Assembly (NCBI RefSeq): GCF_036321535.1
Contig: NC_087437.1
Coordinates: forward strand, 16,866,001 to 16,930,000
Length of the DNA: 64,000 bases
Direction: 5' to 3'
From: Camelus dromedarius
Taxonomy: Eukaryota
A program made the translations under genes and the position numbers. A model generated the notes under the pieces. It made no database searches, had not been told where the DNA came from, and saw only the letters and a list, made by a program, of their open reading frames with translations. The first letter of the stretch is position 1. Each line of letters starts with the position of its first letter. Shown in pieces: positions 39,500-53,116 of the stretch.

Positions 39500-39942
39500 A
39501 TGGATGGCAGCTGCTCTCCAAAATTTCCTCTAACACCCTTTACTCCCACCCACGCAGAACTCTCTAAGGTGAGAAGACACCTGGACTGCACCAAGTGTAA
39601 TTGACTGAGAGCCCCAGCTATTGTTCTGAATTTGCTGAATTTTGCACTGAGGTCACACCTATCACGGGCTGCTCCCAGCCAAACAGGGGTAGGAATACTT
39701 TGGCTCTAGGCCTCCTGGACAGCCTTGCTGAACTTTCCTTAAAATTGCACAGTAATCTAAAAAGCTCCTAGTTACCTTTCTTCCTTCTCGTTCTCCTTGA
39801 TTGTGGGGGTCAGACTTGCACTGCATTGATTGATACCTCTCCCAGATGCTGCCCCATTTTCTCTCACAGGTGGTCCCCTAATTGATTTCTTAAATATTTA
39901 ATTCCCCTCTTAGCCGCTGCTTCTCTGAAGACCCAGACTAAC
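39500..39942 (+). mobile_element. LTR16-like solo LTR
   Basis: aattgactgagagccccagcta, ggggtcagacttgca, gacccagactaaca; related to 28243-28685. Confidence 0.6.
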
Positions 39943-41121
39943 AAACTCTCCCAAATGTGCGTGAACCCTTCCAAATTTACCCTTTCCTTCCATTTCACCC
40001 GTTTCTGCTGACAGTGGTCACTGACAAGGGTAGAATGACCAGATTGGGGTGACTACTGTCCCAAACTGGAGAAATAACTCAAACACAGTAACCCAGTGAG
40101 GAGGACTAGGGGCAGGAAAATAGCCCAGAGCATGGGAGGATTCTAGAGAGCAATTACCGAGTAGTTGAATCCTCCCCCTCCTTCCACCCAACCTAGGCTC
40201 CTGGGCCACATGCAATTGTCTATTTGCTGGCTCAATTCAATTCCACAAATACCTTCTGAAGGCCTCCTATGTATTGGACCTTGTTCCAAGAGCAGGGGCC
40301 ACAGTGGTGAGCAAGCCAGTCATGGTCCCTGCCCTCTGGCCTGGGAATCTAACTGGGAAGAGAGCTAAATAACATTAATACAGGACGAGCTGTGCCACAG
40401 GAGACGGACATGCAAACACTTTAGGACAAAGGAGTCCCACTGCCCCCAGCCCAAATAAAGTCCTAATAACTGAATATGGCAAAATTCTTCACACTCTTAA
40501 CTCCTTAACTGCTTTCTAGGCTCATTTACAATTCTCCCAAAAGCTGGGGACACAACCATGTCTGTGAATCTGAACATGCCATTACTCCTATTCTCTGGTA
40601 TGCTGTTACCTTCTCAGAGATACTCTCCTTCACACACACAGTTTGCCCCAATTCTCCCCTGTGCCACCAGGCCAGTCCTTTGTCTAACTCTCTAGGTTGG
40701 TGAGGTCCTTAAAGCAGGGACTCAAATGCCGGGCCAAGAGCATCTACCATGAGTCAAAGAGAGGCAGGTGTGCTTTGTCCAACCATTATCACTTTAAGCC
40801 TTAGACCCTCAGCTTCCCTGCGTATCTAGGTGAACAACTCCCACTCTATGAAAGGTAGTAAGTGCTGGTGGTTAGTTTTTCGCATACAGTAGCTGCTCAA
40901 GAATGTTTGCTTAATTTAATTGTATTAATGTTAGAATCTTGGACTTTATCAAGGCCCTGGCTGTGAGATGGAGCTTGGAGGGGTTAATAATCAAACAGTT
41001 AGCCACAATTTTCTGTGGCTAAGAATGTGAAAGACGCACCTTGTTCTTTGCCTCGAAGAGCTGCCTGTTCCTGGGAAACAGATGGACAAGCTCCCAACAG
41101 TTCAGTTCTAAATCCTTAAGG

Positions 41122-41290
41122 CAGTGGTTCTCAAACACTAGCAAGCATCAAAATCACCTAGGGACCATCTGTTGAAACAGATCGCTGGCCGCATCCTCAG
41201 AATTTCTGATTTAGTAGATTTGGGGTGGACTTTGAGAATCTGAGTTTTCATTTCCAATTCGCTTTTAGGTGACGACGAATTACTGTGTTC
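41122..41290. mobile_element. MER5A-like MITE just upstream of the PCCB promoter
   Basis: cagtggttctcaaac...gcatcaaaatcacc...agaatttctgatttagtag. Confidence 0.7.
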
Positions 41291-41559
41291 AGTGAGCAGC
41301 ACATAATACATTTCTGTGATAATCCTCATTCTACCACATATTTGGTCTCGGCCGGATCAAACCACTCTAGCTTCTGTTCTTCATTTGCCTCCTCTGTGAA
41401 ATCAGATAATAAGCTAATATAGGTAAATGCTTAAAGCAACACTGGGAACAATGTTCAGTAAATGTTGGTTAACTCTTCTATTCATTTTCTGGAGGAAGTG
41501 GGAAGACAAAACTAGGGGTCGAGGTAGCCAGAAAAAAGCAACTAAGCCCCTCTTCTGTG

Positions 41560-42110
41560 CAGCCCGGCGGGCGCAGTATCGGCTGGCTGGGCTCACACGT
41601 CTCAAGGTGATGCCCTAGCGCAGACCTGGGTCTCGAACTCTCCGGTCTGCCTCTACGCGCTGAGCATTCCAGCCGACACACAGGTTCCCTACGTCCCGCC
41701 GACGCTGCGCAGGCGCAGATTCCGCCGACGCACTTGACGCACATGCGCACTTAAGTGCGCCGGCTGCGGGCAAACAGGCAGAGCGAAAATGGCGGCGGTA
41801 GTACTGGTGGCGGCGGCCGGAGCCAGGCTCACATTTGCAGTGAGAGGTCTCCGCGCCGCAGTGCGCAGCCTGTGCACCCAGCCTGTCTCGGTTAACGAGC
41901 GTATCGAGAACAAGCGTCAAGCCGCACTGCTGGGAGGAGGCCAGCGCCGCATCGACGCGCAGCATAAGCGAGTGAGTCCTGAGGGGGCCCAGGGGAGCCC
42001 GCCCAGGGGAGCCCGCCCCGGCGTTCCGGACCTATCATAGCTTGCGCGGCTTCCCTCCCAGCCAATCAGCGCGATGCCGCGAAGGGCGGGGCGGGCCCGA
42101 GGATGTTCAC
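41560..42110. promoter_or_regulatory. CpG island / promoter of PCCB with NRF1-like and YY1-like motifs
   Basis: CpG-rich; tgcgcaggcgca 41706-41717; gcacatgcgca ~41739; aaaATGgcggc overlapping the start codon (YY1-like). Confidence 0.85.
41789..41971 (+). CDS. PCCB: PCCB exon 1 (183 nt), mitochondrial targeting peptide plus start of the mature chain
   Basis: [61 protein letters not shown]; strong Kozak aaaATGg; donor CGA|GTGAGT. Confidence 0.97.
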
Positions 42111-44316
42111 CTTGTGAACCTGTTGCCTTTCACCAAGAGGCAGGTAAAACCAGGACAAGCAGCATTGTGCTTTGTCACGCTCTGCTTTCCCTTTGGAATT
42201 TTAGATGTGCCTGGCTAGGCTCCAGCGGCTCACCAGTTAAAAGCTATAAACTTTTGTACAAGTTACTCTCTAGGAGTCAATTTGTTCTAAATAGAAGATA
42301 GTAATGATTCTCCTCTCACAGTATGACTAGATAAGATAGTGAGGTAATGATAGGCCCTTAATTAAAGAAAAAAAAATCTTGTTCTTATGTCCCTTGAAAG
42401 ATGGGTGATAGGTTCTCGCTCCATTATGGAAACAAGAAAATCGAGGCATTTGGCAGGGGAGGTTAAATGGGCAGACTCAGGTTAACGTGGGGGTGGGTGT
42501 GGTGTGCGCAGGGAACTTGTGGAAACCCTGCCCTCAGAATGCCAGCTGAATCTCTTAAGGGTCTCAGCGTGCATCGACGTGCTTGCTGGGTAGGAAAGGC
42601 ACGCTTTAGAAGCAGACGTTTTTTCTGCGAGTGCTCAGGTTACTCTGGCTGTTTGGCGGATTGAGCAGCTGAGGTACTGCCAGCCACCGCCTGCGTTTTG
42701 AGGCGAGAATCAGAGAGATGCTGCGTGGGCCACTGAGTAGCAGAAGAAAATGAGGCCCAGATTGTGACCTGGGACTTGAAGCTGAGCTTGCTCAGTGCGT
42801 GTGGGACATGTATGAGCCTGGACTGATGTACTGGATGAGTTAAATAACCAATTTGGAAGGTGCAGAGGTGAAATTCTTAGAGGCGAAGGGCATCGAGGCA
42901 TAACTCACAAGCGTAGGGCAGGTGGGGTCTTCAGTGAGATTTGCACTAGCCCTTTTTTAAGTCAAAATGAAGTATTGATTTAGATGTTGTAAATGCCCAT
43001 TTGACAAGGGCCTGAAGGTAACAGACCTTTTTTGTTATTTGGGAGTGGAATGTGAATTTGGTTGATAGTGTGTGGTGCTGGGAGTTCTCTTCCTTTCCTG
43101 AGGTGGCTTGGTCTGTGGTGAGGGAACTTTAGATCATCCTCTGGAAAGGCCTGCCAGTGCTCCCTGCATGTTTTCTGTTGGGGCCCTCTTGCTCAGTCCC
43201 TCCCTGGAACATCATCCCCACTCATTTCCAGGCAAATCCTACTGGGTTTAGATGCAGCCTCCAGAAACTTTTTCTTTTGCCAAAGCTGACTTAGTCAGGA
43301 GGCTGACTTGGTTTAAATCTCTCATACCACCCCCTTTTACACAATTTTTGGACTACTTCCAAAGGATAGATTCCCAGAAATGGAGTTACTGGGTCAGAAG
43401 ATAGGAATATTTTTAACACTGATATATATTGCCAAATTGCTTTCCTGAAAAGTTATTTTATCCAACGGTGTATAGGATTGCCATTTTGTTTTAAAATGAC
43501 CTCACTGGCTTTGGCTGCTTTCTTAAAAGGAAAATACAGCGAATTTGAGGTGTTTTTTTTCTTGGGGAAGGGGGCAAGGCAATGAGCCCAGATGTTTGGC
43601 TTGGTCTAAGGGTTTGGGAGCCCAAGCAGTGGAAGCTTTTGATGGTTTGAGGTCTCCAACCCCCTCCTCCCGCAAGAAGTATTTTTTTCACTCCTCTCCA
43701 GTGAGCTCTTTAGCACTCTGTCCCACTTTTCTTCTCAGCCACTCCCTGCTGTGGGGTTGTCTCTGTATCACGGAGTCACTGTCAGGTGTCAGGTCCCCCA
43801 ATATAGGATAGCAGGAGAAGTCCATGGAGGAGGCAGGAGAGAAACCAGGAAGTAGTCCTGGAAGTGTCCTTGGGGCTGGACCCTAGTGAGGTGAGCTTCA
43901 GTGGAAGAAGCCTGTCAATCTGGGGGTGTAGCCTCAGACCCTTCACAAAGCCTCATTTACTTTTCCACCTCCTGCTTCTCCTTTCTTCTTTTATTGCTCC
44001 TTAGGTCTCCAGTAAATGTTTGTGGAACTAGTTATCTTGTTTCAGGATCAGGCTCTCCTTACCCCCACCTTTCTCCACCTTTTCCTTCCACTCCCTTGTT
44101 TGCCTTCCACAGTTAGTGGCTCCTGGAGCACCAGTCTGCCTGGTTTCCTTACTGGCTGAATTCTACTGATAACCCCTGTCTCTTGTGCAAGCTGGTGGAA
44201 TAGAGGCTGTCACGTGAGGCACAGGCACACGGGTCCTCCTGGCCCTCCCATGAACACTCCTTGCTTACTGACTTTGTCTATGATGACATCACTAAGTGAC
44301 TTTTGTTGCATTTTAG

Positions 44317-44457
<141 letters not shown>

Positions 44458-45121
44458 TGAGCCTTCAAATTGCACTTACTAGCTACGGTCCTGCTGGTCT
44501 ACCCACTAGACTAATGAAGTTCTTCTGGGACTAAGGATATATTGAAAAATTTTCAAGTTTGGGACCCTGGAATTTTCAAAATACCTCTTGAGAAGCACTG
44601 TTGGGGCCTCCAGGTTCCCCACTTACCTTTGTCTGCAGATGAAGGAATGTGGGTGGATTGTTCATACCTTGTGCAGGGTGACTCTGGCCCAGCTCCTGGG
44701 GCTCTGGTGTGGGTTCAGAGTTCTCGTAGGTATAGAATGACAAACTTGGAAGAGAAATTGGGAATGTGTTTTGATTGTGTCCTGGTCTGCCTAGGCACCA
44801 GGGACCCCTAAAGGCTAACCATTCTCCTCTTTTGACATACTTCAAGTTTTATGCCTTGGAGTTTTGGAGGTTAGAGTCACTGACATTTATTCCTTCAGTT
44901 GGATGTTCTCTGTGCTGCACAGGCTTCTTTGGACTCACTTTTGGTCAGTTTTCTTCAGGTCTCTGACCAAAGATTTGTAACCTTGGCACCTAACTAGCTG
45001 GCTCCATTTGAGCCATTATGGGCCACACAGTGACTGCCAGAATTCCAAGCCAAATGATAGATTTGCCTTTTTAAGGTTTGGGGGTGAGGTGTGTGGCTTT
45101 GTAGAAATTACCATATTTCTC

Positions 45122-45210
45122 TTCTTTTTTTTAGTGGAAGTACTGGGGATTGAACCCAGGACCTCATGCATGCTAAGCACGCGCTCTACCACTGAGCTGT
45201 ACCCACCCCC
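45122..45210 (-). mobile_element. tRNA-Ala-derived SINE (short form), well preserved
   Basis: Minus strand AGCTCAGTGGTAGAGCGCGTGCTTAGCATGCATGAGGTCCTGGGTTCAATCCCCAG plus A tail; TSD accatatttct / accatgtttct. Confidence 0.9.
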
Positions 45211-45540
45211 ACCATGTTTCTTTATATGTCCTTCTCCCTTCTGTGCACGTTTGGTAGTGGCAGACATAGAGGGTGCCCTGATTGGTCCGGTTTTAGGAAG
45301 GAGGATGAGGCCCAAAACTACAGTGCTCTTTACTCCTATTGATGAAGCCGTAGCTCAGTGCTTGCTGTTGCAGAGCTAAGTGTGTGGGAAGTTCCTTCAT
45401 GTTCTTTATTCATTTTGAATTTTAAGGAATTTGGGGTGGGTTTTTTTTTAGGAAGGGGTCTTTCATTGGGGCTTAATTACCAAATTCATTAAGAGAAGTA
45501 TTTGGGTTTTTTAACCTTTATTTTTCTATTTTTTTGGTAG

Positions 45541-45630
<90 letters not shown>

Positions 45631-46098
45631 TGAGCTTTCTTTGCAGGTAGAGCCGGGAGCAAAATATGTGAGAAGAAAATAGTCCTTGGGTGTAAAGACT
45701 TGCCTGTACTTGGGGCAGATGAGGGAATTACTTTGTTTTTCAGTGCATTATGTCCAGAGTATTACACTGTGTGTTGTTTTTTTTTTTTTTAAAGGGAGAA
45801 AGAATCCTTAATCTGGGGGAGGATCACAGGGCAGTAGTAAAGAAAAAGTCCCGGGAACCAGGAGTTTATTCCAAGTGCGTGAGATTCCCCTTGGCAGGTT
45901 AGGTGTGTGGCTGGAGGGCAGCCGTGTCTTGGGCAGCGTGTGTGGCCCTGAGAGAGTGCAGTGGTTGCAGCTGGGGCAGAGGGGGTTTGATTCTTAAAAT
46001 CATAAGCCTTTGAGTTTTGCGCTTTCATAAGGTATTCAAACAAGTTTTATTAGGCCCCATCAGGACAGATAGTTTCTTCACACAGAGCCATAGGAGAA

Positions 46099-46584
46099 TG
46101 TGGTAGGCAGAATAATGGTCCCCAGAGATGTCCAAGTCCTAATCCCTGAAACCCGTGAACATGTTATTTTACTTGGCAAAGGCGAATTAAGTTTGCAGAT
46201 GGAATTAATGTTACTAATCACTTGACCTTAAAATAGATTAGTTTGGGTTATCCAGGTGGACCCAGTGTAATCACAAAGGTCTTTAAAAGTGGAAGAGAGA
46301 GGCAGAAGGCGGTCATTAATGCTGTGTGAGAAGCAGTTGGCCTGCGGTTTTGGCTTAGAAGGTAGAGGACGGGGTCATGAGGGAAGGATTCTAGAAGGTG
46401 GAAAAGATAAGACAATAGATTTTCCTCTGGAGCCTTCACAAAGGAGCGTAGCCCTGCTGACTTTGATTTTAGCCCAGTGAGGCCCACGTAGGACTTCTAA
46501 CTTACAGAAATGTAAGGTAATGAATGTGTGTTGTCTCAAGACACTGAATTTGTGGTAATTACAGCAGCAATAGAAAACTAATAC
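46099..46584 (+). mobile_element. MaLR solo LTR (MLT1D-like)
   Basis: tgtggtaggcagaataatggtcccc...tttgcagatggaattaa...cagcagcaatagaaaactaatac. Confidence 0.85.
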
Positions 46585-46751
46585 TCTTTCATGTTTTATT
46601 TTTACCCCCCAATAAGGGATGGACATATATATATATATATATATAATTCTAAATATTTAGTTTCTCTCACAGATTTTAAAGGCATGCAGCTTGTTTAGGA
46701 ACCTAAAATGTTTTCTGTTTGACATTAAAATAATTATACTTGATTAATTTT

Positions 46752-46908
46752 ACTTTTTTTTTATAAAACGTTCTGTTCTTTTTTGGGAGGGGGCAGCAGT
46801 TGGAGGTAATTAGTTTTTTTAATTTATTTTTAATGAAGGTACTGGGGATTGAACCCAGTGCCTTGTGCATGCTAGGCATGTACTCCGCTACTTGAGCTAT
46901 ACCCTTCC
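46752..46908 (-). mobile_element. tRNA-Ala-derived SINE (long form)
   Basis: ggtactggggattgaaccc...gagctataccc; flanking gattaattt repeats. Confidence 0.85.
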
Positions 46909-48443
46909 TAGATTAATTTTAAATTTATTTAGACAGCGCTTGTCTGCTAATAGAATTACCTTTGAAATGTTTTAAAACTGCTATAAATGAGTCTGCCAAA
47001 TGCATAACTGGAAGGGATCGTCTCTGCTTTTTGTAGTTTATGAGAGCTAGGCAAAAAAATTGTACAGAAGAAACCATTAACAAGGTAGCCGAACAAAGAA
47101 GGTTATTGTGCTTTGTGGGCACTGTGTTCTCTTAACTATCAAGCAGCTACAAAAGTTCACTGAATTGATACTTTTGAGCATTTCTTATGCCCATGGGTTT
47201 GGGTAGAAGTGAGGGGGAGGTGGAGATGACTGAGACACTTCTTGCCCTGAAGAAGCCAATCATTTTGTAAGCCGAATGGGGCAGAGCAGGAGTGACTGCA
47301 GTCACAGATAGGGTGAGAGAGGTTCCCGGGAAGTTGTCAGGACAAGGGAAGATCACATTCTGTTTGAGGAAAGCTTTAGAGAAAATGGGGCATGTGAAAT
47401 AGGCCTTGAAGGATACTGAGGGGGAGGAGTGATGAGCCAGCTTTTTTTTGTAGTGATCCCCCAAATGTTAGTATCTGTAGGCATTTTTTCTGGGGGGAAC
47501 TTCTTTTTTCCAGAGAAACAGTCTGTCTTTTTTATGATGATTGGCTGTAGGTGTGTTGGTGGGGGAAGGAAGGAGGAGGCAGGGCCAGCGCTGGCTCATC
47601 ATTCACTTTACAGGCTCTTAAACTCACCTGTTTAAGCCTTACCATTGCCTTCTTTTGTGGCTGGTGATTGTGAGTTCAGAGCCCCAATGGTTAAATTTCT
47701 TTAGAAATTAAACCTCCTTTCTCCTCTCAAGGTGAAGGAAAGGCCCTGTGGGGTCTAATTGCTCCTAACACAGACTTCCATCAGTCTGTTTTTTCAGTGG
47801 CACTTTCCTTGTTCCTGGATTGTCCCGTCCTGCGGTCACTCCCTCCGCAGGTGTAAAGGCTTCCATTTGCTCTAAATCAGATATTTTTGTGGTTTCAGTT
47901 CCCTGTATTCAGTCTCTCTTCTGCTGCTGTTTTCCTTTTTTGTACTCATGGGCTGAATCTGTCTTTAATTCTCCACTATCTTTTAGAGGGGGTTTTAGGA
48001 AGGAGGTCATTCCTATAAGAAGCTTTTTACATCAGAAGGTAATAAAAATCCTTAAGCAAGAGGAAGCACTGATTCACTTTTTTCACCTCCCTTGTCAAAA
48101 CAGCAAATATTTCCTAGTGATAGAAATGTCTGTTTGACATCCACAGAATCTGATTTTTTGGGTTAATTCTACGAGAAGTTTTCCATTCCTCAGGTGCAAG
48201 TCATTTTTGTAGAGCAAAGACCAGGTCTTTTGCTCTTCACAATACATGAACTCCCTTTAAGATATGTTATTCACTACTCATTCTATGGAGTAATTTACAA
48301 GTCAGACCTTTCCCCTAATTTTTTAGACTTCTGAAAATCGTTTAAAAACTTTTATATATATGAATTTTCCATTTTCTCCTCCTACTGGCTGTTCCTCTCT
48401 GACTAGTCACTGTATATTATTTTTTTGATTGTTTTCTTCTTAG

Positions 48444-48557
<114 letters not shown>

Positions 48558-48651
48558 TAGGGTTGGGGTACAAAATACTGAGCTGGATACATGGGGTGGG
48601 GCAGAGGTGTGCAAGATGTGGAGCTGACCTGAAGGTGCCTTCAGTCCAGAG

Positions 48652-49052
48652 CAGGAGTTCTTAACATTTTTTTCTACCATGGATCCCTCTGGCAGACTGG
48701 TGAAGCCTGGACCCTCATTTTTATATGTGCATAAAATAAAATATGTAGGATTACAACGGATTAAAAATGTTAAAAAATCACATTTGTAATATATATGTGT
48801 CCTTACTAATTAATGCATTAAATAACAAGGTTTAGCAGTGGATAAAATGCTGTAATTTCAAAGTAAGCATGCTGCAACTTTTAATGTGACAAAAATCTGT
48901 GGCTTTTATTGATGACAAAGTCACAGGTATTTCTGATACTCCTGTGGTTAATAAAAATAAAGATGTAAAATTTCCCATCCAAGTTCATGGACTCCCTGAA
49001 ATCTATTCACAGTCCTTTTAGGGTTCTTAGGACCCCAAGTAAAGAACCCCTG
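48652..49052. mobile_element. hAT-Charlie non-autonomous DNA transposon
   Basis: Inverted termini caggagttcttaac / gtaaagaacccctg; hAT-like target gtccagag / gtctaggt. Confidence 0.7.
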
Positions 49053-49662
49053 GTCTAGGTGGAGAGTCCAGGTGCTAACAGAGCAGTGCAGGTGATGGTA
49101 TTTAAAAAATACTGTTGTAGATGAGAGGATCTGGAGGCGAATAAAAGTGTAAATCATATTCAGAGAGTTTTGGAAATAAACGTAGAGTTGAATACCTGGC
49201 TTCTAGGCATGGTCCTATCATATGTTCCTCCTGAGACCTGGGGCCAGTCCCTTAACTTTTAAACCTTAATTTTTCTCCTTTTGCTGCGTTTTATGTAACA
49301 GGCTTATGATGGTTATGATGGTTAAATGAGATAATGGAGGTGAAAGTGCTTTGTAAATCCTCAAGGACTATTAGAAATGTTGCTCATCTTAGGCTGCCAA
49401 GGAGGAAGATCTCTTATTAGAAGGAAAAGGCCTGAGCCTGACCTCAGGTTAATAGATAAATCCACATTCACTTTCACAAAAGTACTACTTTGCCATTCTG
49501 CCTGCTATCCTCAGTTCTTTCAAAAGAGTAATTGGGAACAAAACTGGGTGCTGAAAAAATACTATAGCCTGGGCCTGTGGCTCTAGAAATCGTTTCCATA
49601 AACAGTCTTATCCCCTGCTAATGGAAAGTGTTTTGGGTCTTGGGGAGCTTTAATCAGCACTT

Positions 49663-49841
49663 TATTATTATTTTTAAAAAATTTTCTTAAAAAAATTTTA
49701 ACTTTATTCCTTTTTTTTTTTTTCTTTGGTGTGGGAAGTAATTATGTTTATTTATTTATTTTCAGTGGATGGTCTGGGGATTGAACTGAGGACGTTATGC
49801 ATGCTAAGCATGTGCTCTACCACTGAGTTATATCCCTCCCC
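49663..49841 (-). mobile_element. tRNA-Ala-derived SINE (long form)
   Basis: atgctaagcatgtgctctaccactgagttatatccctcccc; TSD aatcagcactt. Confidence 0.87.
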
Positions 49842-50025
49842 AAATCAGCACTTAAAATATCTGATTCTCTGTCTTCCATGAAGGTACCCAGTCATCATGG
49901 GGAATGAAGCCAGTTCTGAAAAGTACACTCAGAACAGTTTTCCAGAAAACCACTGTGGTGCTTTGTAAATGCTGCTTTTCATAGCAGGATCAGTTTTCTC
50001 ACAAAAGATTTCTCTGCTGTCTCAG

Positions 50026-50139
50026 ATCATGGACCAAGCCATGACAGTGGGGGCTCCAGTGATTGGGCTGAATGACTCTGGGGGCGCACGGATCCAAGAG
50101 GGAGTAGAGTCTCTGGCTGGTTATGCAGACATCTTTCTG
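50026..50139 (+). CDS. PCCB: PCCB exon 5 (114 nt)
   Basis: ctcag|[38 protein letters not shown]|gtgaga; [10 protein letters not shown] motif. Confidence 0.97.
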
Positions 50140-51916
50140 GTGAGAAACCCTTAATCGAGAATAAAAGAGTGCAGGGCTTAGTTCCCTAAGCAGTGTCCTG
50201 GTCAGAGCCTCCCCATCTCTCCTCATTGTATTCTGTGGCTCCTTCCTGTGTTGCTGAGGGTGGCATGAAGGGTGGATGAAGGCAAGAGACTAGGTGGGCA
50301 GGGTTTCCTTTTTCTCTCTTAGAGGCCTTAGGGGAAAACAAAATTAAAGATCTGTCAGAAAAGAAATCACTTAAAATATTTTTTTCCAAAAGCATAGAAG
50401 AGGGAATGTAAAAGGTTCAAATGAGCTGATTTGCTAGAATTAGAAATTTTAAAACAATACTTCTTTTGGTTAAAACACTGCAAGGTCATTATATAAAGTT
50501 CAAGCTGTGATACAAAGAAGAAAGAAACCCCAGATCCCACCAATGCAGAAGCATTTGGTGAACATCATTTCTGGTATCTCTCTGCTTTTTCTTACAGACT
50601 AGACGAGAAAGAGGTGAAAAGAAACAAAAATAAACTAAATGCATTACTTGAAGTGGAAAGTATGTGAAGTGGGAAGTATGTCGTGAGAGTACAGTACGGG
50701 AGATTGGGGTGAGGGAGAGACACTGCCAGATAGAAACTTGAGAAAAGGGACAGATCAGCCTTTCCAGGGAGGGGAGGGAAGGAAGGACAGAGACAGGCAG
50801 ACATTGTTTCTAATCAGGCCAGCTGCTCTGGTCATCCCCTGGGCTGCAGGCTTATGAGGGTTTTATTTTCGGCCATTGCATTTTGTGATCGGTCAGAAAA
50901 ATGTGTACTTACTTTGTGTACGATACTCTGCTAGTTGTGGGAGAAGGCGCTTTGTAGATGTTAAACCTACTTTTTAATCTTTAAACTTGAGCTCTGGGGA
51001 TCACCCACTGGGGAGCAAAAGAACTCCCATGTGTCCTTTCACGTTCACCAGTTACTTACATTTTGCTCATTTGCTGTATCATTTTCTCTCCATATGTACA
51101 TATTTGCATGTTGCATTTTTCCAAAACATTTGAGAGTAAATTGGAGACTATGCCTCCTATATCTCTTAAATCCTTCATTGTATGTTTTCCAAGAATAAGG
51201 ACATTCTCTTGTATAAACAGTATAATAATTGGGAAATTTAATATTGATTTATTAATATTACTCTTATTCATGGTTTGTATTCATATTTCATTAAATATCC
51301 AAATAAGGCCTTTATAGTTATTCCCCCCACCCCATCCAATCAAGGATTAAGTGCTATCTTTAGTTGTCGTATCTCTTTCATCTCTAATCTGGAGCATTTT
51401 CTTGGTTTTTCTTTGTCTTCCATGACTTTGATATTTTAAAAACAGCTTTCTTGAGGTATAATTTATAAACCATAAAATCCACCCATTGTAAGTGTACAAT
51501 TCAACAATTTTTAATAAATTTAGAGTTGTGCAACTATCACCATAACCTCTGATTTAGAGTCTTTCCCTCCAAAATGATCCCTCCTACCTGCCTACAGTCA
51601 GTTCCTACCCAGCCCTAGGGAGCCAGTGATCAGCTTTCTGCCTCGACAATTTTTGCATTTGAGTCTTTTCATTGAACATAATATTTTTGAGGTTCATTCA
51701 TATTGTACTATGTATCAATGGTTTATTTTTTATTGCTGAATAGTATTTAGATATCCCTCATTTTGTTAATCCACCCACTAGCTGGACATTTAGGTTGTTT
51801 CTACTTTTTGACTATCATAAATAATGCTATGAACATTTGTATATAACTCAGTGAGCAGACATATGTTTTCATAACCCTTAAGTAGATTCCTAAGTGTGGA
51901 ATTGTTGGGGTCAAAT

Positions 51917-52511
51917 TGTTGTCAAACGTAAGTTCCTGTGCCCAATGCACAGTGAGGCCAAACAAACCAAAATAAGTTTGGATCAGAAAAAGGTTTATTG
52001 TAGGATCAAGGAAGGAGGATGGGGCAGCTCATGCTCAAACGACCTAAACTCCCTACTGGGTTTCAGGGGAGAGTTTTTAAGGGGAAGGTGAGGGAGTAGG
52101 CAGGTGTGTGACCTTCCTCTGATTGGTTAGTGGTGGAGTAACAAGGTGATGTTTTGGGAATCTCAATCGTCAGCCTCTAGTTCCAACTAGTCTGGGGTCC
52201 AGGGCTTGTGCTCAACCTGAATTTACCATCCTCCACTTGGTGTGAGCCTTAGTTCCAGTAGAAGAACTCAGAGATATGTATCAAGTTGTTATGCACATCC
52301 CCCTCCAAAAGGAAGCAGGCCCAGGCTCCATGCCATACCATTGTTTTCTTTCTGCAGTCCCTCATTCCCCTAATTAGTAACTGTTTGAATCTGCTCTTTG
52401 AAACTCTTGGAAGGCCTAGAAGGCTGAAACTTTTTTCCTATAAACAAGAAATGGGGCACACAGAAAGGCCTTTGTACTTGGGAGGACCCCACAGGTTCCT
52501 GCTGAGTTTCA
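51917..52511 (-). mobile_element. ERV-type solo LTR (~595 bp) inserted in L1
   Basis: TG...CA ends interrupt the L1 ggaattgttggggtcaaat|...|ctatgataag; AATAAA on the minus strand ~51999; CCAAT (gattggtt) ~52121. Confidence 0.75.
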
Positions 52512-53116
52512 CTATGATAAGTTTATATATCACTTTTTAAGAAACTGCCAATTTTTTCCCCAAAGTAGCTACCGTTTTACATTAACCACAAGCCACATAT
52601 TGAGGGTTTCAAGTTCTCCATATGCTTGTTGACACTTAGTATTGTCAGCCTTTTTCATTATGGTCGTTGCAGTGGTATGTAGTAGTACCTCCTTTAATGT
52701 TAATTTGCATTTCCCTGCTGACTAATCCTGTTGAGTAACTTCTTATGTATGTGTTAGTCATTTGTATATCTACTGGAATGTTTGTTTGCTCATTTTGTAA
52801 TTGGGTTTTTGACTTATAAGAGCTCTTTATATAATCTGGATACAAGTCCTCTAATGGATGATATATGATTTACAAGTATTTTTCCCAGTCTGTGCCTTTT
52901 TATTAATGGTAGCATTTGAAGTGCAAAAGTTTGAAATTTTGAAGTCCAGTTTATCAGTGTTTTTCTTTTGTGGCTTGTGCTTCTGTTGTCATCTGTAAGA
53001 ATTCTGCCCAATACAAAGTCATGAAGATTTTGTCTGGAGTCTTTTTTTTTTTTCCCTCATGGAGTTTTATAAGTTTTGGTTCTCATATTAGGTCTGAGAT
53101 TTCTTTTGAGTTAATT

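Noticed and set aside
41478..41965. Minus-strand ORFs antisense to PCCB exon 1
   Set aside because: Shadow ORFs of GC-rich coding sequence
45135..45206. Apparent tRNA-Ala(AGC) gene on the minus strand (and similar copies elsewhere)
   Set aside because: Acceptor stem has a mismatch and G-U pairs; followed by an A tail instead of a Pol III T-run and flanked by a TSD, so it is a SINE
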